Positions 18,302 through 26,592 of a stretch of DNA of 64,000 bases are shown here, one piece after another (positions within the stretch are counted from its first letter, which is position 1; each line of letters starts with the position of its first letter). A program made the position numbers and the translations under genes. Location: positions 48,262 to 112,261 of IMG/VR virus record IMGVR_UViG_3300033068_001142. The stretch is one strand, 5' to 3'. The notes below the pieces were generated by a model that saw nothing but the letters and a program-made list of their open reading frames with translations, ran no database searches and was not told where the DNA came from. Origin of the DNA: a virus (lineage: Duplodnaviria > Heunggongvirae > Uroviricota > Caudoviricetes).

Positions 18302-18600
18302 TTTGCAGTCCTTGGTTTAAGTATTGTTGTTGGGATTATGTCTACCATTGCCGTATTCCACCACCAAATGCTGTCATCATCGTTAAGAAATTTTATTTTA
18401 AATTCAGATGGATAGTATTTGTCAATTGCACATATCTCTCCGATTTTGTCCCTATATAATATCATGGCTGGGTTGCAATATAATCCTTTGTATTTCTTAC
18501 CAGCTTTTACGGTAGATTTTACTTTAACGTGCATACCAAGTTTAAGTATCATAGTAGTTCCTTTATGGCGTCTCCAACTAGTTGAGTTGTAGTACCGCAT
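18298..18600 (-). CDS. LLKP-tail family small protein (WNTxMV type), inside the ligase cluster
   Basis: 100 aa, ends ...WWNTAMVDIIPTTILKPRTAK. It is a paralogue of 17999..18301. Confidence 0.5.
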   Translation of the reverse strand: MRYYNSTSWRRHKGTTMILKLGMHVKVKSTVKAGKKYKGLYCNPAMILYRDKIGEICAIDKYYPSEFKIKFLNDDDSIWWWNTAMVDIIPTTILKPRTAK

Positions 18601-19274
18601 AGTCCAAAGGCAGTGTTTATTTCCAAGATGTAAAGGTTTTGGTCTTCATCTTCGATTATGTCTACGGCACCATAAGTTAGGTTTAACGCTGTTAAGGATT
18701 TAGTAGCTAAGTCTGGTAGAATTACTGGGAATTCAATGTCGTTTCTAGCGAATATGTAACCGTTAGCACAGTTCCAGATGTATGGTGATCTTTCACCTTC
18801 GAAGTCACGTTTTTTAAGTTTCTTTTTCATGTCTACAACACGGTTGTTGACTACAATTGCACGGTACTCATGTTTTTTCTCAATGAACTTAGTGTATAGT
18901 GGTGCGTTTGGTAGCTCAGATGGCTTACCAACTACGATACCTTCACCTGAGTGACCTGTTACTGTTGTACGAGCTAAGTAGGTTGTTTCTTCTTCAAGTT
19001 CGGTTTTGCTGAAATAGAAGTCTGGTGTAGGAAGCTCAGCTGCTTTTAGTTTTGTAAAGGTTGTGATTTTGTTAGCTGCATCTTTTACTGATTGAAGTGG
19101 GTTAAGGTAACGAGAGTTGTGGACTACGTTAACGTTACCCCAGTTTATGATAGTGTCTGTTGGTTTACCTCTAAATTTGCTGTGTCTGTGTTGGATACGT
19201 TTGATGTTTAGGTAATCAGCTAAGGCTTTTGCAGAGTTTGAAGGTTTGTAAGACTGAACTCTTAAACGTCTCAT
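18549..19274 (-). CDS. ATP-grasp family ligase (RimK/glutathione-synthetase-like)
   Basis: ...GEGIVVGKP..., ...YGAVDIIEDEDQNLYILEINTAFGL..., the C-terminal ATP-grasp signature. The 5' 50 nt of the track ORF overlap 18298..18600, so the real start is probably an internal Met. Confidence 0.6.
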   Translation of the reverse strand: MRRLRVQSYKPSNSAKALADYLNIKRIQHRHSKFRGKPTDTIINWGNVNVVHNSRYLNPLQSVKDAANKITTFTKLKAAELPTPDFYFSKTELEEETTYLARTTVTGHSGEGIVVGKPSELPNAPLYTKFIEKKHEYRAIVVNNRVVDMKKKLKKRDFEGERSPYIWNCANGYIFARNDIEFPVILPDLATKSLTALNLTYGAVDIIEDEDQNLYILEINTAFGLCGTTTQLVGDAIKELL

Positions 19275-20683
19275 CTATAAACCTTGATTTCTGCAATTTC
19301 TGAAGTGTTGATTGTGTAGTTTCCAGAACCTCCAGAAGATCTAACACCTCTAAAGTCTAAGCAAGTTGCACTTTTTTGGAAACTGAAGTGAGATGTGTCG
19401 CCTTGTACTGTAAACGAAAGTCCGTCTTTTAGTACTATTTGTAAAATGTTTGGTAAGTCTTTAACTGTTAGTTTAGAGAACGGTAAAGTTATCTCTTTTG
19501 GTTCTTTGTAGACTACTACGTTTTGGATGTCTTGTTTGAATTCAGTTACTGCTGTATTTAGCTGAGGGTAAGTTGTGATGTGTTTTGCAACGTACTTGAA
19601 GTAGTCTTTTAATGTAACTCTTTTAGCTGCTGGTCTTGTGTATTCAATTAATGAGTCTAAGAATTGGATATAAGTTTTTAAGCTGTTTAAGTCTGTTGTA
19701 GAGTTGAAGATTCTAACTTCGATTGTTGCTTCGTTACCTTCGTTGATTACATTGTATCTGTCCATTGAGATTGGTGCGTTATCTTTAGAGAACACTTTAC
19801 CAATTGGTCTGAATGGGCAATAGTTGTTTAATTTTCTTGTTGCTATGTGCTCTAACAAGTCTTGTGATGAGTATAGCAAGAAGTAGAACATTGCGTAGTG
19901 TTTTTTGTCTTTGAATGCCGTTCTACTGATGTGTACGTGACATCCGTTTGACTCAGACGTTTCAACTGATGTAGTTGCAACTGTGTTTAAGAATGACTTT
20001 TCAGCCATTAACTCTTCGAATGTGTGAGGGTGTGATACTACCTCAGCTCTAAATTGACCACCAGATATTGATGAGTCTGCTTTTAAGTAAACTTCACGTG
20101 AATGTTTTGCCATTACTTTTAGCGCTTCTTTTTTAGAGTTGAATCCGTATTCTAGTTCAATGCCGTAGAACTTTTTGTTAGGTGATTCACCTATAAATGA
20201 AGGAGTTGGTTTGTAACTGTGAGGGTTAACTTTCACTAAGTCTTCTTGACATGAGTCACATAAGTGGAATTCATTTGGAGTATCAATGCTAGCTCCACAG
20301 TTTACACATGAATGGTCGTTTAAGATCATTGTGTTAGTTGTAATGTTAAAGAACATGTTTGGAGTTGTTGTTTTAATGTTTTCAGACTGTAAGAATGGTT
20401 TAGTGTGGTTAAACTCGTAAACAGTGCTATTAATGTTTATACCTTTTATCCAAGATTCGTGGATTGGGTATTCTACGTTTTGGTGTTTAACAAAAATTTC
20501 AACACAGAATGCGTCTTCATTTTTCTTGAAAGTTGTTAATTCTAACTCTCTTGGTGCTGTATCTAAAGCTGAGTCATAAATAACGTAATCTTTACCTTTA
20601 AAGGTTTGTTCTGTTTCAAAGTCGTAAACTTCTTCTAATGTTTGATTAATTTTAGTTTTACTTTTTAATATTAGTTTTATCAT
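19271..20683 (-). CDS. Zn-ribbon + glutamine-synthetase-fold carboxylate-amine ligase (GCS2/YbdK-like amidoligase)
   Basis: N-terminal CVNCGASIDTPNEFHLCDSCQ. The C-terminal half has FYGIELEYGF (GxExE strand) and NGCHVHISR (G-x-H-V-H), as in YbdK/GCS2-type amidoligases. Confidence 0.5.
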   Translation of the reverse strand: MIKLILKSKTKINQTLEEVYDFETEQTFKGKDYVIYDSALDTAPRELELTTFKKNEDAFCVEIFVKHQNVEYPIHESWIKGININSTVYEFNHTKPFLQSENIKTTTPNMFFNITTNTMILNDHSCVNCGASIDTPNEFHLCDSCQEDLVKVNPHSYKPTPSFIGESPNKKFYGIELEYGFNSKKEALKVMAKHSREVYLKADSSISGGQFRAEVVSHPHTFEELMAEKSFLNTVATTSVETSESNGCHVHISRTAFKDKKHYAMFYFLLYSSQDLLEHIATRKLNNYCPFRPIGKVFSKDNAPISMDRYNVINEGNEATIEVRIFNSTTDLNSLKTYIQFLDSLIEYTRPAAKRVTLKDYFKYVAKHITTYPQLNTAVTEFKQDIQNVVVYKEPKEITLPFSKLTVKDLPNILQIVLKDGLSFTVQGDTSHFSFQKSATCLDFRGVRSSGGSGNYTINTSEIAEIKVYR

Positions 20684-20711
20684 AATTCTCTCTCCTATGA
20701 TGTTTTAAGTT

Positions 20712-20990
20712 TTAGTGTTTCCACAGCCTATCTGTAATTTGTTGAAAAGTAGTAGTTTCTAGTTTACCGTTTAAGAATACTGATTTTAATAAGCTATTGT
20801 TTTCTTCTTCCCAACTACAGTTATCCTTTAGTGTCAGTTTGTCATCTATTAATGTTACTTGTAATAAGCCTTGTGCAGATTTTTTAGTTCCATCATCTGT
20901 TATAGGGTCTTTTTGAATGTTAATAGGATTATCATTAATTATAGCAAATGTAGCTTTCATAGCAAATCCAAAAGTATCCCTAGTATTGTA
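20712..20990 (-). CDS. nadV: Nicotinamide phosphoribosyltransferase (NAMPT/NadV), exon 2
   Basis: ...YNTRDTFGFAMKATFAIINDNPINIQKDPITDDGTKKSAQGLLQV...LLKSVFLNGKL... aligns from memory with the C-terminus of NAMPT (…[28 protein letters not shown]…LLHTVFKNGKV…). The exact 3' splice site is ±a few codons. Confidence 0.65.
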   Translation of the reverse strand, partial: YNTRDTFGFAMKATFAIINDNPINIQKDPITDDGTKKSAQGLLQVTLIDDKLTLKDNCSWEEENNSLLKSVFLNGKLETTTFQQITDRLWKH

Positions 20991-22308
20991 CTGGTATGTA
21001 TATGCACATTGTTACTTAGGTATTTTTCCGTTAAGTACGTCCTCAATAAAAAGCTCTGTCGATTCTTTAGTTGAAGTTCTTAATTCTTTATAGTCTAAAA
21101 GAATGCTTTGTTCTAATAGGTATGCATTATAAAGTGTAGTTTCAAAAGTATCAATTATGCTAATGTCACATTTGAACTTAGACTTTAATGCATTTATGCG
21201 TTGTTTTAAATTTATAGTTATTCCAATTTTGAAGTATTGCCCTATTTGTAAATAATATAGGATAGCGGGTTTGTTTTTAAGATCATCACTTCTACTAAAT
21301 ATTGTCTCACAATACCCACCTGGTAGTTTGCCTTCTAGACATAGTGCATCTATTGTACATTTAGGACAACCTTGTCCAGCTATGTGTTTTTGGGCTGATT
21401 TTTTAAATTCTCCATGCACTTCACAGTAACAAGTAATGATTGACTTTTTGTTTATGTAATTACTACATTCGTAAGTATACTTACCGTTATATAAGTTTGT
21501 GGCATAATCAATAAATTCCTTAAACGTATGTGTTTTGATATTGGCTGATGATGCTATACCACATTTAGGACAACCTTTTGTCACATTTTTGCTTAATAGT
21601 GTATGCGGAGATGTTGAGTGTTCCCCATGTACTGGACATACTAAAGTTACTTTAGAATTTATACCAGTATAGTTATCTACTTTGAACTCAAAATTAGAAA
21701 ATTTATGTAAAAGTTTACTTTCTATTTCTTCCCATGTGTATTTTAATGGTTTAAATCCTGTCCGTCCTTTAGATTTTTGAGATCTCCTTAAAATTGCACA
21801 CTCCGGACATCCGTATATAGATGTTAAGTGTTTATCGGGGTTTTGTTCAAATTCACCATGGGTAGGACAAGTAATTATTGATTTTGTTTTAGCATTAGTG
21901 TATATAAACTTACTATAATCATACTTGCCATTATACTTTTTATTTGCTTTTTCTATAAATTTTTCTTTGTTTGTCATATTGTATCTCCTATCACTTATTG
22001 ATAAGTATACAATCTTTGTACTTAATAAATACTTAAGTAACAATGTGGACTATATCATCACCCTATAAAATAGGGGCTCACTGCTTCGACCCTGACAGGG
22101 GCCTACTCTCTTTCGAGATAGTCTCTGAACCTTCTCCTATACGGAGCTTGGCTGCGGATTGACCAATATTATAGATTTTTACTGTACTGTAGATAGTTAC
22201 TCTACACCCTATGCTATATTTCTATGTATAGTTAGTACTATAATATTAACGGAAGTTCCCGCAATTCAATGAGTTTTCGATATGGATTACTCCATAAAGG
22301 GGCCATTA
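20991..22308 (-). ncRNA. Group I intron in the NAMPT gene, carrying a Zn-ribbon/T5orf172 (GIY-YIG superfamily) endonuclease-like ORF
   Basis: Exon 1 ends UUU, followed by UAAUGG. Core elements: P CAUUGAAUUGCGGGAAC, Q GGUCAAUCCGCAGCC, R AGGUUCAGAGACUAUCUCGAAAG, S GAUGAUAUAGUCC, all 5' of the ORF. The NAMPT ORF stops in the middle of the conserved GSGG region. Confidence 0.7.
21012..22043 (-). CDS. Intron-encoded endonuclease-like protein: 3x Zn-ribbon repeats + C-terminal T5orf172 domain
   Basis: Three repeats of CPxHGE(F/H)x(13-16)GCPxC. The C-terminus ...ILYYLQIGQYFKIGITINLKQRINALKS matches the T5orf172/GIY-YIG-like motif. The probable true start is the internal ATG (MTNKEKF), preceded by AGGAGA. 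Confidence 0.6.
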   Translation of the reverse strand: MLLKYLLSTKIVYLSISDRRYNMTNKEKFIEKANKKYNGKYDYSKFIYTNAKTKSIITCPTHGEFEQNPDKHLTSIYGCPECAILRRSQKSKGRTGFKPLKYTWEEIESKLLHKFSNFEFKVDNYTGINSKVTLVCPVHGEHSTSPHTLLSKNVTKGCPKCGIASSANIKTHTFKEFIDYATNLYNGKYTYECSNYINKKSIITCYCEVHGEFKKSAQKHIAGQGCPKCTIDALCLEGKLPGGYCETIFSRSDDLKNKPAILYYLQIGQYFKIGITINLKQRINALKSKFKCDISIIDTFETTLYNAYLLEQSILLDYKELRTSTKESTELFIEDVLNGKIPK

Positions 22309-23727
22309 AAATGTTAACCCAATGCCTAATACTATGTTATCAGAAGCAAACTTTTTGTCTGCTAATTTTTTAAGGATAGTGTCTTGTCTTTCTAATGTGA
22401 TTGAGTCTCCGTAGATTAAGCCTACGTATGGTGATAAAGTTTTGTAACCTTTATCGTTTGTAGTGCCTCCAAATACGTCCCAAAGACACTTGATTGCCCC
22501 TTTAATTTGAGCTTCTGAAAGTAACTCAAAAGTATCCTCATTAATAACTTTGAAGCAGCCTTCTTTACAAGAGATGTAGAAGCTGCCCATATAAGTATGT
22601 TCTGCTGCTTCCTCTAATGTTAAAGTTGGAAACGATTGGTTTATTTTAACGCCGCAAATAACATCTACTGGATTACCTGAGTCAGGTCTAAAGACTACTT
22701 TAGCTAATCCTAGAGCATTTGGTTGACGAGATTCAATGATTGGTTTAAGTACTTTTATACCATATTCCATCATATACCAGAAGTCGAATGAGTCAGCAAC
22801 TATTGAGATAATTCCAGTTGGGTATAACTCTGTTATTAAGTACCAAATGTAAGCAATTTCTGCTAGTCTTTGAGTGTTTATGTGTGTACTGTCATATTGA
22901 AGCATGTCAATTGATAGGATTTTGTTAGCAGGAGTTACCCATTTACCAGTAATATCTAGTGATTGTTGAATGTTAGCAATGTTAGTACACATTACACTAT
23001 GTTCAGTTGCTGGAACAGATGTTCCTACTAATGACTTAGTGTAATCAGCAAAATAGTAGTCTTTTGCTCCTTGGATTGCTAAACAGGTGTCAGTTCCTAC
23101 AAAAGAGAATAGGTGTGATATTTGGTTTTTGTAGGCATCTTCCCTGTTTGATAGTCCTCTAGCAGAGAAATCATGTCCTTGAAATATTACAAATCCTTTG
23201 TCTGCACCAGTTAATTCTGCGTAGTGTTCAAAAGTTTTTCGGTATTCGTAAGCTATAGTAGCGTTTGTTGACATTTTCCATAACTCTGATGACATTACAG
23301 TTTCGATGTAGTTAACTAACCAACTAAATTTTGGGTGCGTATTTACTATAGTTAGTACTGGTATCTTAGCTGGAACTAGTGTGCCTTCTGGTAAAGATTT
23401 GATTTGTAATGGTAGGTATCCTAAGTCATGTAGTTCTTCTACGTGGTCAACTGGTATTGAATCTGGTCCAAGTGTTGAATCCATGAATAGTTTATACGAT
23501 TCTACTACTTCTTTTTTAGGTTTGTTAAAGAATCCTTCATTCCATTCTTTAATTAAGTAGTCCATGATGAAGGCTTGTAACCCTACCCATACAAGCTTAT
23601 CTGATGAGCCTTTATATCTTTTGAAAGATCTTGGTGTAAAGTTAGAGTAGACTAATGTAGTGTTTTGAGGGTACTGTCTTCTATGGTCAGCTTTATAGAA
23701 GTCTATAGCTAATAGTGGGTTAAGCAT
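22309..23727 (-). CDS. nadV: Nicotinamide phosphoribosyltransferase (NAMPT/NadV), exon 1
   Basis: MLNPLLAIDFYKADHRRQYP... is the characteristic NAMPT N-terminus. The ORF ends ...NIVLGIGLTF, truncated at the conserved GSGG block. Confidence 0.75.
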
Positions 23728-24109
23728 GTTGTTCCTTTTTGTAAGTTATTAGTTCTTTTAGTAACTGCATAGACTGCTCTAGTCCTGCTGAATCGTCTAG
23801 TAAGATGTTAAAGTGTGGTTTTCGTTTTTCTGGATTGATTGGAGATTCATTGTAATATGACCAAGTTAACGAAGCTTCTTCCCATTTTGTGGTTACTAGT
23901 GAAGGATTAGTGTTAGCTGTCCAAATACATAGGATGAATCCAACTTTTTGAGCTTCTTGTAGTAAGCTAACTATATCTGGGTAGAGGCTATAGTTGTTTG
24001 ATGAATCAACTAAGGTATAATCAAAATCTACTCCAATTACGATTTGGTGAGCTAATGAAGTAGATTTGAGTTTTTCAAGCCTAGTGCTGTTAAGTCTGTG
24101 TGGGTTCAT
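23720..24109 (-). CDS. Small HAD-like hydrolase/phosphatase
   Basis: IGVDFDYTL matches HAD motif I (DxDxT). Confidence 0.4.
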   Translation of the reverse strand: MNPHRLNSTRLEKLKSTSLAHQIVIGVDFDYTLVDSSNNYSLYPDIVSLLQEAQKVGFILCIWTANTNPSLVTTKWEEASLTWSYYNESPINPEKRKPHFNILLDDSAGLEQSMQLLKELITYKKEQHA

Positions 24110-24933
24110 AGTACTACCAATTCATTACAAGTATGGACTTGAGGTACTGAATTAGTAGTAATAAATTTGCTGATACCTGCTTCTTTCAGTTTGTTAAAGC
24201 CAGAGTTAAAGAAGCCATGAGTTACGTATAAGTGGATGTTACAAGAAGGTTCGATAGCTTTGATAGTTTTAGCAAGTTCCTCAAAAGTACGTCCATTTTG
24301 ACATATATCGTCTATGATTAAGACTGTTTTGTCTTTAAGTTGATCTGCTGTAGCAAAGACTTGAGTATCAAGAATTTTACCATTACTAACGTCTCTGATT
24401 TTGTCAGCTCTAATCATGGGTATATTGAATTGTTGAGAACAAGCAAATACTTTCTTGTTAGCACCGGCATCTGGAGAAACGAAGTAATCGTACTCTCTTA
24501 ACTTGATAGTATATTGTGCATCTAAAAGCAGTTGGTGAACTGGGACATTATAGCAGTTGTTTATCAATGCTGTCGATACATCACTGTGGTTATCGAAAGT
24601 TGTAACTTTAATGAAATTACAAGAGTTGATTAGGCTAGTGAATACTTTCAAACTAAATGATTCACCTTGGCTGCATCTACGGTCTTGGCGAGAATAAGCA
24701 CAGTATGGCATGACTAAGTTGATGCTAGAAGTGTTCCAATGGTGGTTGATAGCTTCAACTAAAAGTAGAAGTTCCATTACGTGATCTGAGCTAAGAATTG
24801 AGCCAGTGATAGTTACAGGGTAAACTCTAGCTGCATGTGGAGCTGTATCTAAAGTTACTTGAATCTCACCTGACGGGAATTGCATAACTGAGTATGAGCT
24901 TGATGATAGTTTAAAATTTGGTGTTAATTTCAT
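24106..24933 (-). CDS. prs: Ribose-phosphate pyrophosphokinase (PRPP synthetase)
   Basis: ...VMPYCAYSRQDRR (PYxxYxRQDR), VSPDAGANKKV, TVLIIDDICQNGRT (PRPP-binding loop). Confidence 0.65.
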   Translation of the reverse strand: MKLTPNFKLSSSSYSVMQFPSGEIQVTLDTAPHAARVYPVTITGSILSSDHVMELLLLVEAINHHWNTSSINLVMPYCAYSRQDRRCSQGESFSLKVFTSLINSCNFIKVTTFDNHSDVSTALINNCYNVPVHQLLLDAQYTIKLREYDYFVSPDAGANKKVFACSQQFNIPMIRADKIRDVSNGKILDTQVFATADQLKDKTVLIIDDICQNGRTFEELAKTIKAIEPSCNIHLYVTHGFFNSGFNKLKEAGISKFITTNSVPQVHTCNELVVL

Positions 24934-25247
24934 TAGTTTGTACCTTTTGGTTTTAAAAGTGTTTGATATAGTATGTCAAATGAGTACCTTGAGTTGTTTG
25001 CTCGATATGAACGTCTAACTGCGGTAAAGTCGTAGCCCATACCTACTTGTTTAATGTTTTTAATTGCAGCTGAAATTCCTTTAGCTTTTAATATTTCTGA
25101 TGTTACAGATGCTGACAGTATTATGTAAATTTTATTATTATGAATTGTAGCATACCAGTAGGGATTTCCCTCGTCTTTGAATTCTATTAGGGTGTTTTGT
25201 GGGATTAGGTTGTTTTCAAGTTTGTCAACAAAGTCAGTAAATGTCAT
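24933..25247 (-). CDS. Hypothetical protein
   Basis: 104-aa ORF, ATGA-coupled to the prs gene. Confidence 0.35.
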   Translation of the reverse strand: MTFTDFVDKLENNLIPQNTLIEFKDEGNPYWYATIHNNKIYIILSASVTSEILKAKGISAAIKNIKQVGMGYDFTAVRRSYRANNSRYSFDILYQTLLKPKGTN

Positions 25248-25248
25248 G

Positions 25249-25479
25249 TTAGTTCTCGCATTTTAGTAAGTATTTGTTATTGATAACTTTAAATGAAAGT
25301 TGTGATGTTAACGACTTGTAAACTCTTCCTTCTGATACTGTGTTTGGGTTCATTGACTCTGTGGCTACATGTTTTAGTAGTTCTCTTAGTGTTAAGCTAA
25401 GTTGGTTAAAGTTTTCGTTTGTTATTGGTACATGTTTTAATAAGTTATCGATTTTTCTAATTGTTACGAGTTTTCTCAT
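25249..25479 (-). CDS. Hypothetical protein
   Basis: 76-aa ORF. Confidence 0.3.
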   Translation of the reverse strand: MRKLVTIRKIDNLLKHVPITNENFNQLSLTLRELLKHVATESMNPNTVSEGRVYKSLTSQLSFKVINNKYLLKCEN

Positions 25480-25659
25480 TGTATTATTTCCTTTTCTTTG
25501 TATTTTACCATTGGTTGGTGGAATAGGTTATTAACTACAAGAAGATTTCCAAAAGGTTGGAAACCCTTACTTATGTAGACGTTAACACTTCTTTCAAGGC
25601 TACGTATATCTGTTCGTATCGCTACGTAGTAGTCAATGATTACTTTATCATTCATATTA

Positions 25660-26592
25660 TTACTCTAATATGTAGGATATACTAGTAAAACCTTCTTCCA
25701 GTACTGGTATTACAAAGGATTTTGACATTTGGTGTAGAAGTTCTGGTTGTACAGTTTTATCTTGTCTTGTTTTGTTGCATTCTAGCACTTTTGAGTATTG
25801 TGGTAAGAATACAATGGCTTTGAATTGGGCATGGTTGAAACGAGACATCATTGACCTTCTTGATTTTAGTGATAGCATTGTCATGTCAATTACTAGGTCG
25901 GATTGGGTTTTAGCTAGTTTAGTGATTAAGTGGTCAAAGTCTCTGTTAAAAAGTTTTAGTGTTGTAGGATTACTGTGGACTAAGGTGTAAGCTTCGTTGT
26001 AGCTAAGGTTTGGGTACTTGTCTGTTAGTAGGTTGTCCCTAGAAATAATGTCTGTGTTTAGGGTTTTAGCGTAAGTTGATTTTCTAGTACATGGGAGACC
26101 AACTAGTAGAGTTACTGTATGTGTTGGGTTTGATGTAGGTGTTGTGAACTTACGAGGTTCGTAGTCTTTACGTGGGTCTTTGTCAGTGATTCTTCCGTAA
26201 GAGTCTGCTTTTCTGAACATTGACAAGTATGGAACTGTTAGTTGAGCTATGTTTACTCCGTGTAGGGAGATTACTCTTAGTATGTCGATTTTTTCTTGTT
26301 CTGTTAAGTCGAAGATTGGAAGAATGTCTGTTGCTAACATTGTTGATACTCCTTCGTGTGATTTGAAAGAGGTCCTACCGTCAATAATTTCAGCTGTGTA
26401 ACACTTTCCAATGTCGTGTAGTAAGGCTGAAATTAGCAGTACTTTGTTGTTAGGATGAAGTGCTAAGACATGTGAGTAAACCATGCAAGTATGTGTCCAA
26501 ACTGAGCCTTCTAGGTGGTAAGAAGAGTCGTGGTAAGTTGATTGCATAAGTTTAACAAGTTCTGGGTAGTGGTGCATGAATTTAGTTATCAT
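25660..26592 (-). CDS. HD-domain phosphohydrolase fused to a P-loop kinase-like domain
   Basis: N-terminal H...LLHDIGK (HD motif). C-terminal VTLLVGLPCTRKSTYAK (Walker A). The architecture resembles nucleotide/polynucleotide kinase-phosphatase enzymes. It may function in the NAD-salvage block. Confidence 0.45.
   Translation of the reverse strand: MITKFMHHYPELVKLMQSTYHDSSYHLEGSVWTHTCMVYSHVLALHPNNKVLLISALLHDIGKCYTAEIIDGRTSFKSHEGVSTMLATDILPIFDLTEQEKIDILRVISLHGVNIAQLTVPYLSMFRKADSYGRITDKDPRKDYEPRKFTTPTSNPTHTVTLLVGLPCTRKSTYAKTLNTDIISRDNLLTDKYPNLSYNEAYTLVHSNPTTLKLFNRDFDHLITKLAKTQSDLVIDMTMLSLKSRRSMMSRFNHAQFKAIVFLPQYSKVLECNKTRQDKTVQPELLHQMSKSFVIPVLEEGFTSISYILE

Noticed and set aside
22044-22305. A 260-bp structured non-coding stretch between the endonuclease ORF and NAMPT, considered as a standalone ncRNA or regulatory leader.
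   Set aside because: It contains the P, Q, R and S core elements of the NAMPT group I intron and abuts the truncated NAMPT ORF. It is better explained as the intron 5' half.
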